Below, one piece after another: positions 29,130 through 37,439 of a DNA stretch of 64,000 nucleotides. How positions within the stretch are numbered: the first letter of the stretch is position 1; each line of letters begins with the position of its first letter. A program made the translations under genes and the position numbers. The stretch is from an archaeon (GTDB lineage: Archaea; Asgardarchaeota; Thorarchaeia; Thorarchaeales; Thorarchaeaceae). The DNA is taken from NCBI GenBank assembly GCA_024276825.1, contig JAJRWI010000053.1, positions 1 to 64,000 on the forward strand, written 5' to 3'. The notes under the pieces are model-generated. The model had not been told where the DNA came from. It was given only the letters and a program-made list of their open reading frames with translations, and searched no databases.

Positions 29130-29479
29130 TCACTAATTTTGAATTGAGGAGTTTTAATTAATGGGGCTTGTTCCCCAACTCCAAAAACATCCCCCATGGG
29201 TGCTTTTCTCATATCAATTGGCCCATTTTAATGGTTTTTACAGAATCTTACGCCTTACTGGTTTTTTATGATGATACTTGAAACATTTAGAAGATAGAGT
29301 TACATCTTTTAACTGAATGCCATGATGTTAAATTATCTTTGCACAATGAATAGAGTGATGATTGAAGCGTAATCATCATCACGCAAAGCAATTTAACCGT
29401 TATTTCAGGCACAATAACGATAATCTTAATAAAAGAACAGGAACTTTTTCCATTCACGTCCTTGGCGACGCATATGTTT

Positions 29480-29596
29480 GCGGAGGTTGCCAAGCCTGGC
29501 CAAAGGCGCTAGGTTGAGGGCCTAGACTTTATGGCCTCGGTCATAAACGGGCACTCTCGTAGGAGTTCGCGAGTTCAAATCTCGCCCTCCGCACCA
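29480..29596 (+). tRNA. tRNA-Leu(GAG) with 29-nt non-canonical intron (about 29526-29554)
   Basis: GCGGAGG acceptor, CTAGG-TTGAGGG-CCTAG anticodon arm; an insert with a TTTATGGC/GTCATAAA hairpin precedes the CTC-GTAG-GAG variable arm; ACCA. Confidence 0.92.
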
Positions 29597-29649
29597 CATG
29601 GACTCGTTCTATCGACTCTTAAGACATCAGTGAGAACTGGGGATTTGCA

Positions 29650-29818
29650 GGTCAATAAAAGTAGGTGACCCGTTTCCTAAAGCCGTTCGTGGAAACGGGT
29701 CGGTGGGGGAGGGCATGTAAAGAGGAAAGGTCCTCTCTAAATGATAGACGTTGGAAATGAGAGGGGGAACTCATAATGAGAGGACCAGAGGAAGTCTTCA
29801 TTTCGTCCGCTTCGGTGG
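29650..29818. ncRNA. Candidate structured non-coding RNA of unknown class
   Basis: Perfect 11-bp stem 29667-77/29691-701, 9-bp stem 29729-37/29778-86, inner ATGAG/CTCAT stem, C(UUCG)G hairpin 29807-18. Confidence 0.55.
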
Positions 29819-29981
29819 TATGTTGGCTATTGTTGTATATAAGAACCACATGAGTTGTTCTTGCAAACTAAGGGCAATGGATTGTAAAAAATGGGATTCT
29901 GTGGAGTGGCCAGAGTTCGAATGATTACGGAACCTATAAAGGCACAATGGATGAAATTGAATGTGTGTCTGGGTGAAACTT

Positions 29982-30977
29982 ATGGCAGCACCGAGAATTG
30001 GAATAATTGGGATTGGCAACATGGGAAGGATCCATGCACGAATACTTCACAGTATGCGATCTCTTGCTGCGATCGCTGACATGAATTATGCTCTTGCTAA
30101 AGGTGAGGGTGAGAAGTATGGTGTGGAGGCCTTTGACAGTTATGAGAAGATGCTAAACTCGGTTGATATTGATGGAGTCATCGTTGCCACGCCCACACCG
30201 ACCCATGCGGAGATTGTAGAGTCCGTCCTTAAGAGTTCTGACAATCTGAAAGGCATTCTAATTGAGAAGCCACTTGCAAGTAGACTTGAAGATGGAGAGA
30301 GAGTTGCAGCGCTCTTGAAGAAGAAGAGAGTCATAGCACTTGTGTCACATTCAGAGATTTATAATCCAGTCCTAGGGAGGGCATTGTCATTAATCCAGAG
30401 TGGTGCTATTGGAACACCAAAGATGGTGATTCACGACAGGCGCGGTTTTGTCCAGCCCAAAAGAATTCCCTCACTGGGAGATGTCTTTGAAGATATTGGG
30501 GTTCATGATTTTGACATTATGACCAGAATCAGTCAGGGTCCTGCAAAAGTATATGCCCAATGCAATTCAGAAGGAGGTATAATGAACTCTGGAGTTGTCA
30601 TAATCAATTTTGAAAACGGGGCCAAGCATTTGTTTTTGTTATCTCGTGAATATGCAGGAAGAAAGCGAAGTTTAGACATCTCGGGAACAAAGGGCACACT
30701 TAATCTAGACTATTTCGCGCAAATCATCCGTGTTCAGGACCTTGATCAGGAGCCCAAGGCCGATAGCAGAGCAATCAACCTCCCCGAGAGAGGAGCCACC
30801 ATTAAAGTATATGGAGAGCCACTGGCAGAAGTACTGATTGATTTTATCAGCTGCATAGAGTCTGGGAATGAACCAAGAGTGGGGATTGAAGACGGACTTA
30901 GAGCACTTCGAGTTGTTGATGCTGCAAGAAAGAGTATAGAAACAAAAGGCATAATCGATATAGACATTACAAGATAG
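29982..30977 (+). CDS. Gfo/Idh/MocA family oxidoreductase
   Basis: IGIIGIGNMG, ATPT..H, IEKP, D.G.HDFD. Confidence 0.92.
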   Translation: MAAPRIGIIGIGNMGRIHARILHSMRSLAAIADMNYALAKGEGEKYGVEAFDSYEKMLNSVDIDGVIVATPTPTHAEIVESVLKSSDNLKGILIEKPLASRLEDGERVAALLKKKRVIALVSHSEIYNPVLGRALSLIQSGAIGTPKMVIHDRRGFVQPKRIPSLGDVFEDIGVHDFDIMTRISQGPAKVYAQCNSEGGIMNSGVVIINFENGAKHLFLLSREYAGRKRSLDISGTKGTLNLDYFAQIIRVQDLDQEPKADSRAINLPERGATIKVYGEPLAEVLIDFISCIESGNEPRVGIEDGLRALRVVDAARKSIETKGIIDIDITR

Positions 30978-32256
30978 CGCGTCCTGTAATGTGAGTTGGA
31001 CCTGCAGAGATTATTGAAACCTTGATCCACTTGCCAATAGACACATCATCATGGATTATCACTGGTTTGTATGTGCATGTTCTAGCCAAGAAACCTCCCT
31101 TCGGAGCCTTGTCTGTCACTATTGCTGGTACCTCTTGGCCAATCCATGAGGCATTGTGTTCAGCAGATATTTCATGTACCAGCTTTGAAAGACTTCGACT
31201 GCGTTCTTTCTTGGTATGAGTGTCTATTTTTTCAGTAGAGCAAGAAGCTGCTGTCTTTGGCCGATCACCATATTTTGAGATGTTGACTATTTGAGGGCGT
31301 GTGCGTCTGATGATTTCGATTGTCTGCTGGAAGTCATCATCAGACTCTCCCGGAAACCCGACTATGATATCAGTTGAGATTGTAGCATCAGGGAATCGAT
31401 TGCGAATCACATTGATTATGGAGAGCCATACATCAGTTGTGTATCGCCGTCGCATTAGCCTCAATATCCTGTCACTGCCCGATTGAAGAGGGGCATGAAA
31501 GAACTTGAAGAAATGCTTCGAGTCCATCACATCTAACAAGTCATCAATAATACCAAGAACAAGGTCGGGATTGAACATGCCTAATCGAAATATATGCTCG
31601 CCCTCGATGGAGTCGAGATCTTTTAGTAGCTCGATGAGAGAACTCCCAGTATCTGCGCCATAAACGCCTGCGTCTTGAGAGGTGAGTCGGATTTCACGAT
31701 AACCCAGGTGAGTGCATCGTTTCACCACACTCTTGATTTCAGAGATGGAATAGCTTCTGACCTTACCTCTTGCAAACTTCACTGCACAATAGGCACAGTT
31801 TCCAAGACAGCCCTCGCATATTGGAACCGTGCATATTACACTATCAGGGGGACCTTCAAAATACCTTAGTTTAGACAATGAGTCAGAGTCAAGATGGACA
31901 ATATTGCGTTCACCGGCCAATACGCGTTCAGCAACAGAGCCCAGTGTATCAATAGCCTGAGGGCCCAAGATTGCAGAGAATCCTGGAGCAGCAGAAACAA
32001 TCCTATCAAAGGATATCTTTGGAAGACAGCCTGTAATAATTAATGGGACATTATGAGAAGAGAGCTCAGTAAGTCTGTGAATTACACGATCCTCAGTGGG
32101 TTCCTTCACACCGCACGTGTTCACGACTATCAAATCAGCAGAGTCGGGAGAGGAAACTCTGTGATAGCCAAGTTTTATCAAGCGTGAGGTAATCATATCA
32201 GAGTCTGCCATGTTTAGGGAGCATCCAAAGGTTTCAAGATAGAAGTCAATTGGCAC
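30967..32256 (-). CDS. tRNA methylthiotransferase (e-MtaB/CDKAL1-like)
   Basis: TFGCSLN..DS, NTC.VK, GCL, CLGNCAYC, QSGSD..L..M.R, DIIVGFPGE, TRAM domain. Confidence 0.92.
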   Translation of the reverse strand: MPIDFYLETFGCSLNMADSDMITSRLIKLGYHRVSSPDSADLIVVNTCGVKEPTEDRVIHRLTELSSHNVPLIITGCLPKISFDRIVSAAPGFSAILGPQAIDTLGSVAERVLAGERNIVHLDSDSLSKLRYFEGPPDSVICTVPICEGCLGNCAYCAVKFARGKVRSYSISEIKSVVKRCTHLGYREIRLTSQDAGVYGADTGSSLIELLKDLDSIEGEHIFRLGMFNPDLVLGIIDDLLDVMDSKHFFKFFHAPLQSGSDRILRLMRRRYTTDVWLSIINVIRNRFPDATISTDIIVGFPGESDDDFQQTIEIIRRTRPQIVNISKYGDRPKTAASCSTEKIDTHTKKERSRSLSKLVHEISAEHNASWIGQEVPAIVTDKAPKGGFLARTCTYKPVIIHDDVSIGKWIKVSIISAGPTHITGRAIL

Positions 32257-32267
32257 GGGATAATCAC

Positions 32268-32552
32268 CTAGCCACCTTGCACATGTGGGAGAATAGCCAC
32301 CTCATCATTCTCAGAAATAGGGGTGTCAAGTCCTTCAGGCAAGAGATCAACATCCTTCTTGTTGAGCATCACAATCAGATTGCCACTTATACGGCCATTC
32401 TCATAGATAATGTGCTCGACTTCAGGGTTGCCAATCTTCACAACTCTCCGAATCACTTGCTCCACAGTGGCACCCTCTGGAAGGTCAAGTTCTAGTTTAG
32501 CCTTACCCAGTATTCGCTTAATCGGCCCGAAGGACTTGAAGACCACTCTCAA
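32268..32552 (-). CDS. MoaD/SAMP/Urm1-type ubiquitin-like protein
   Basis: Beta-grasp pattern, LDT.I...DEVAILP, C-terminal GG; TTG start after GGGAGG. Confidence 0.9.
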   Translation of the reverse strand: MRVVFKSFGPIKRILGKAKLELDLPEGATVEQVIRRVVKIGNPEVEHIIYENGRISGNLIVMLNKKDVDLLPEGLDTPISENDEVAILPHVQGG

Positions 32553-32556
32553 GATG

Positions 32557-32934
32557 TCATTCCTCCCTTGATGGTTGAAGTTGTGATACCATATCATCGA
32601 TCATCGAGTTTACTGTAGTGATCACTTCATCAATCTGTTCATGTGTAGCATCATTGATGTGAACACCTGCAATTACCACCACTGATTTATTCAGAGTAGA
32701 CGCTAGTTTCTCAGCAGTAGACTGAGCCAGTATGTAGTCTTTATGCCCGGGGAAAGACAGTATGCTGACACTTGTTGTCAGATCATCTCTATAGCGACTC
32801 TTAGTGACATATGCGATAGCAGCTCCACCAACATGAGGGGAGTCCCCGCCATATATAATAACTACAAGGTCTTCACCAATGTTCTTGCTCTCAAGGGAAA
32901 CCGAACCTCTTGCGAGGGGCCTTTTCATCTTCAT
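32557..32934 (-). CDS. LpdD/PAC4-like small protein
   Basis: GEDL..IYGG..PHVG, GHKD, L...VVV.AGVH...AT..QI. Confidence 0.7.
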   Translation of the reverse strand: MKMKRPLARGSVSLESKNIGEDLVVIIYGGDSPHVGGAAIAYVTKSRYRDDLTTSVSILSFPGHKDYILAQSTAEKLASTLNKSVVVIAGVHINDATHEQIDEVITTVNSMIDDMVSQLQPSREE

Positions 32935-32996
32935 TGCAAGAAATAATACTCTTGCAATTGGCTGTAATCTTTTTGGTTGGGCATACAGCAGGAGTT

Positions 32997-34562
32997 TCAC
33001 TCTGACTTTTCCATCATCTTCTTGTGCATTCTCCAAGTCAATGTAAGGGTTTTTGGATGTGCTGCTCTGTACTCATCAAGCAGTCGGATGGCTGCGGAGT
33101 GTGGGGCATTCTTGACGATTTCTGGGTTTGAGTATGCCTCTTTAGAGATCTTCTGAAGCGCGTTTATAAAGTGGTCAAGGTCTTCCTTGGTTTCACTCTC
33201 AGTCGGTTCTATCATCAATGCCTCATCAACGATGAGCGGGAAGTATATTGTGGGGGCATGAATTCCAAAGTCTAGTAAACGCTTTGCCACATTCATGGCA
33301 GAAACCCCTGTTTCCTTTTCAAGTTCTTTTGCTGATATCACACACTCATGCATCCGTGGGGCATTCTTCGAATATGGAAGAGTAAACCCACGAATCTTAC
33401 AAACATTCTGAGCCACATAGTTCGCGTTTAGCACCGCAATCTCAGAGGCTCGCTTTAGGCCTCTTCCCCCTAAGGCATAGATGTATGCATAAGCTCTCAC
33501 GAGAACCCCAAAGTTCCCATAGAAGCCATGTATCTTCCCTATTGACTTGGGCAGGTCATAGTCCAAGTCAAAAGTACCATCATCATTTCTTATTATTCGC
33601 GGTATGGGGAGGAAATCTTTCAGTTTTTCTTTGACACCAACTGGACCTGCACCAGGTCCACCTCCACCATGAGGGGTTGAGAAGGTCTTATGCAAGTTGA
33701 GGTGGACAACATCAAAGCCCATGTCACCAGGTCGAGTCACACCCATAATGGCATTGAAATTGGCACCATCATAGTACAGCAGACCACCAGCATCATGAAC
33801 AATACCTGCAATTTCCTCTATGTGTTTTTCAAACACACCAATTGTATTTGGATTGGTCAACATGAGACCTGCGGTATGAGGGCCTGCAGCTTCCTTCAGT
33901 GCATCAACATCAACAAGGCCATCGGGATTTGAGGGGACAACTACTACCTTGTAGCCTGCCATTGCAGCTGAAGCGGGATTTGTGCCATGTGCAGAGTCTG
34001 GTATTAACATCTCATTACGTTTTTCGCCCTCACCTGAAATATGTTGATGAAATGCTCGAATCATCAATACTCCTGTGAATTCTCCCTGTGCACCAGCTGA
34101 GGGCTGTAAGGTCACTGCGTCCATTCCTGTGATCTCTGAGAGCCATTTTTCCAGCTCCCACATCAGTTCAAGAGCACCCTGAGTTTGACGTACATCTTGA
34201 TAGGGATGAATCCAAGAGAATCCGGGTAGTGACGCCATCATTTCATTGATTGCCGGGTTGTACTTCATAGTACAGCTGCCCAGAGGATATGTTCCAGTAG
34301 ACACTGAATAGTTCATCTGGGACAGCCGTGTATAATGCCTAGTCACTTGTGACTCTGTGAGAGAGGGAATCTCAGGAGGGGATTTCCTGATCATTTTGGC
34401 AGGGAGGATCTTATCAATTGGACCAACAGTTGCAATAATTGAGTCCTCAACCTCGGGCACTTGATGCCCAATGACGCCCTCATTATGCATTTCAAATATG
34501 AGAGGTTCTGGCCAGCGCGCTTGCCTGAAGTCAGGCCTGTGATAGCCTTCAAACTCCTTCAT
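32997..34562 (-). CDS. gcvPB: Glycine dehydrogenase subunit 2
   Basis: PLGSCTMKYNP, QP.AGAQGE, SAHGTNPASA, NLHKTF.TPHGGGGPG. Confidence 0.96.
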   Translation of the reverse strand: MKEFEGYHRPDFRQARWPEPLIFEMHNEGVIGHQVPEVEDSIIATVGPIDKILPAKMIRKSPPEIPSLTESQVTRHYTRLSQMNYSVSTGTYPLGSCTMKYNPAINEMMASLPGFSWIHPYQDVRQTQGALELMWELEKWLSEITGMDAVTLQPSAGAQGEFTGVLMIRAFHQHISGEGEKRNEMLIPDSAHGTNPASAAMAGYKVVVVPSNPDGLVDVDALKEAAGPHTAGLMLTNPNTIGVFEKHIEEIAGIVHDAGGLLYYDGANFNAIMGVTRPGDMGFDVVHLNLHKTFSTPHGGGGPGAGPVGVKEKLKDFLPIPRIIRNDDGTFDLDYDLPKSIGKIHGFYGNFGVLVRAYAYIYALGGRGLKRASEIAVLNANYVAQNVCKIRGFTLPYSKNAPRMHECVISAKELEKETGVSAMNVAKRLLDFGIHAPTIYFPLIVDEALMIEPTESETKEDLDHFINALQKISKEAYSNPEIVKNAPHSAAIRLLDEYRAAHPKTLTLTWRMHKKMMEKSE

Positions 34563-35962
34563 TAGTCATTGCCCTCCTTGATTATAGCTGAAACAGTGTT
34601 AACCATTTTTTCTATTGCCTTCACAGAGTGAATCTCAGTGACGCCGAATAATAAGGACTCACCAAGACCTGGAAACTCGCTCTTGAGCGAATGACCACCA
34701 TGAATTCCATGCTTCAGTAATTGTTCATTAATCGAGTCTGCAGAGATATTGGTTTCAAACTGAACGGCAAAGTCTTTCCAGATTGTTTTGCCTATTGCAG
34801 GGGCTCTTACATTATCGATCTCATTCAATAGTTTCGCAGCATGGTTTGATTTGTAAGCAATGACTTCAGCAATCTTCTTTATGCCATTTGATCCCATTAA
34901 TGCAACATAAATTGCCGCGGTCACTGCAATAAGCGCCTGATTTGAACAGATATTGCTAGTTGCTTTCTCCCTTCGTATGTGTTGTTCTCGTGGACTGAGT
35001 GTTAATACAAACCCGCGTTCATACGGTTCATTCTGAGTGCGAGTAAGACCAACCAGTCTACCCGGCAATTGGCGGATCAACTTCATGTCATTCCTGCATC
35101 CAAAGACACCAAGAAGGGGACCACCATAACTCACCGGAGTTCCAAGAGGCTGACCTTCACCTATGACTATGTCTGCACCATAATCGCCAGGTGGCCTTAA
35201 AATGCCTAGAGAGAGAATGTCTACACCTGCAACTAGTAGTGCATCAGCGTCATGAACAATCTGATTTATCTCATCCACTTGTGTTTCAATGAATCCCAAG
35301 TAACTAGGGTTTTCTATATAAACGCCTGCAACCGAAGAGTCAATCTTTGACTCGAGGTCACTGATAGAAATTAGACCCGTATCGAAATCGAAATTGACTT
35401 GCTCTATCTGTATTCCGGCGGGTTCACAATAGGTTGTTAGTGTCATTAAGTTTGCAGGACTGATTGTCCTTGGAACCAAGAACTTCTTACGTTTCCTCTT
35501 GACTCTGACTGTCATAAGTGCGGCTTCACCAAGGGCAGTAGCTCTGTCATACATACTGCTGTTTACTACTTCGATTTCAAGTAGTTCTGCCAGTAGGCTC
35601 TGATATTCAAAAAGGGTCTGTAGCATTCCTTGTGAGATTTCTGCCTGATAACTGGTGTAGGCAGTGACAAATTCTGATCTTGAAGAAAGAGCTTGAACCG
35701 CAGCAGGAATGTAATGAAGACCCAATCCAGCACCAAGAAAGATCTTACCAGAGTCGGCAGGAGTGTTCTTACTGGCCAGTTCACGCAGACGCAGGAACAC
35801 TTCATGTTCGCTGTGAGACTCGGGAAGATTCAATTCATGCTTAATCTTGAATTTCTCAGGTATATCACTGAATAGACTGTCAAGCGAGCTCTTATTGATT
35901 GATTTGAGCATCTCATATTCTAATATGTCAGTCATTGGTATGTATGGATGTTTAAAATCCAT
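34562..35962 (-). CDS. gcvPA: Glycine dehydrogenase subunit 1
   Basis: TAYT.YQ.EISQG.LQ..FEYQS, REQHIRREKATSNICSNQ. Confidence 0.96.
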   Translation of the reverse strand: MDFKHPYIPMTDILEYEMLKSINKSSLDSLFSDIPEKFKIKHELNLPESHSEHEVFLRLRELASKNTPADSGKIFLGAGLGLHYIPAAVQALSSRSEFVTAYTSYQAEISQGMLQTLFEYQSLLAELLEIEVVNSSMYDRATALGEAALMTVRVKRKRKKFLVPRTISPANLMTLTTYCEPAGIQIEQVNFDFDTGLISISDLESKIDSSVAGVYIENPSYLGFIETQVDEINQIVHDADALLVAGVDILSLGILRPPGDYGADIVIGEGQPLGTPVSYGGPLLGVFGCRNDMKLIRQLPGRLVGLTRTQNEPYERGFVLTLSPREQHIRREKATSNICSNQALIAVTAAIYVALMGSNGIKKIAEVIAYKSNHAAKLLNEIDNVRAPAIGKTIWKDFAVQFETNISADSINEQLLKHGIHGGHSLKSEFPGLGESLLFGVTEIHSVKAIEKMVNTVSAIIKEGND

Positions 35963-36094
35963 TAGTATCACCATATGTCAAGGGGATTTGTATGTAATGG
36001 CGGCACCAAGACTGCATTAAGCCTTTTTGCATGCACCATGAGGAATCATTTTTAAATTTGCAATTCAAGGAAGAACTGCTTGAGGACTGTGAAT

Positions 36095-36406
36095 ATGAAA
36101 CGATGGCTCTTGGAATATCTTGTCTGTCCAAATGATGGATGCAGAGGAGAGCTCGAGATGGAGATATTTGCATCCCATTATATCGAAACAGATAATGAAA
36201 GAGTCGAAGAGATTGATGAGGCCCTACTAATATGCACAAAATGTGGACGTTGGTATCCGGTCATCGATAGAATCACGTGTATATTGCCTGATGAGAAACG
36301 TTTGGATCCGAGTCAACTCACAAAGGAAAAGGCTTTTCTTGAAAAGTGGCGCGAACGGGTACCAAGAAAAATACTCCACGAAGGGAAACCCTTTGGACTA
36401 GAATAG
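36095..36406 (+). CDS. trm112: Trm112 methyltransferase activator
   Basis: MKRWLLEYLVCP...C, L.C.KC.RWYP.I..I...LPD. Confidence 0.9.
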   Translation: MKRWLLEYLVCPNDGCRGELEMEIFASHYIETDNERVEEIDEALLICTKCGRWYPVIDRITCILPDEKRLDPSQLTKEKAFLEKWRERVPRKILHEGKPFGLE

Positions 36407-36480
36407 CCCCGTGGTGTAGCGGTCCAGCATAGCGGGTTTTGGCCCCGCTGACGCAGGTTCGAGTCCTGCCGGGGCTACCA
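36405..36480 (+). tRNA. tRNA-Gln(TTG)
   Basis: AGCCCCG/CGGGGCT acceptor (A1-U72 typical of archaeal tRNA-Gln), GCGGG-TTTTGGC-CCCGC anticodon arm, ACCA. Confidence 0.95.
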
Positions 36481-36505
36481 ATGTCTAATAGGTTCTGATT
36501 TTGAG

Positions 36506-37366
36506 TCACTTTTCCTCATTACTCATCATACTGAATGGGAAGTCTTCTTTGGATATTATATCAAGATGTAGTCGTCGGATATGTGAGAGTTGGAGGTAAT
36601 CACCGTTCACATAGACATCAACCATTGTGTAGTTTCGAAGGCCTGAAGTGGAGAGTTTCTTCATTAGTACTGCTTCAACCTGGAACACACCTGCGGGATT
36701 GTCCATAGAAACCGTGATGCGCAGAGCTTTTTCATTACCACGACTCAGAGTCACATTGTTGATTGCCATGGCACTTATCGAGTGAATATCCACTTTCCCC
36801 TGACTGAAAGGTACTGTAGTCCTGCCTTTAGTCATATCGCAGCCATCGCCAATTTTGACACAACCTGCTTCCAAGGTCAGGCATTGAGTATCATCATCAT
36901 GGGCATATATCCCATGCAAAATTGATGAGAGAATATCAGTTGCGACACCCATATCAGAATACAATTGGGTGATCTTTTTCTCGAGTATTGGGCGGGCAAG
37001 CTGCACTGATGATTGGGAGTGTTCTTTACGATGAATTACCATCCCGATATCATGAAGATATGTGGCTGCCAGAATTGCCATTCGGGTATCATCCTTATCG
37101 CCAATAGCCTCGGCCTCGATATTTGACTTAAATGTAATGTCTAGTATCTCGTATGCTTTCAATGCATTCCATGCTGCAACCATTGCATGAGTGGGACCAT
37201 GATCGGTATAGCCCAGTCGTGAAACCGCCATTCTATTTGCACTGCGAAGATAGGACTGCACGATTGGGGAGTTGTAAAGATAATCAAACATCTCATATGC
37301 TTTAGTACCGGGCTCGAGGATGTCATATAGACTAATGCGATTCCTGTCTAGTTGTTCTTGCACCAT
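36506..37366 (-). CDS. HD-domain phosphohydrolase
   Basis: RLGY.DHG..H, LHDIG..HR..H, H, D..DM..GR. Confidence 0.88.
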   Translation of the reverse strand: MVQEQLDRNRISLYDILEPGTKAYEMFDYLYNSPIVQSYLRSANRMAVSRLGYTDHGPTHAMVAAWNALKAYEILDITFKSNIEAEAIGDKDDTRMAILAATYLHDIGMVIHRKEHSQSSVQLARPILEKKITQLYSDMGVATDILSSILHGIYAHDDDTQCLTLEAGCVKIGDGCDMTKGRTTVPFSQGKVDIHSISAMAINNVTLSRGNEKALRITVSMDNPAGVFQVEAVLMKKLSTSGLRNYTMVDVYVNGDYLQLSHIRRLHLDIISKEDFPFSMMSNEEK

Positions 37367-37439
37367 TATAAAAGCCCCCAAAGGGACTGGAATGTGTTGC
37401 AAATACTAAGATAAGATTTACTAAGTAGAAGCTTTGGGA

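Noticed and set aside
29729-29786. SECIS, RNase P RNA or H/ACA identity for the structured RNA
   Set aside because: AUGA/UGAG present but no helix II and no upstream selenoprotein; GAGGAA lacks the matching RNase P 3' P4 strand; the minus-strand ACA is only 10 nt from the upper stem versus the usual 14-16.
29652-29849. 65-aa minus-strand ORF over the structured region
   Set aside because: No protein-like features; the perfect stems are better explained as RNA structure.
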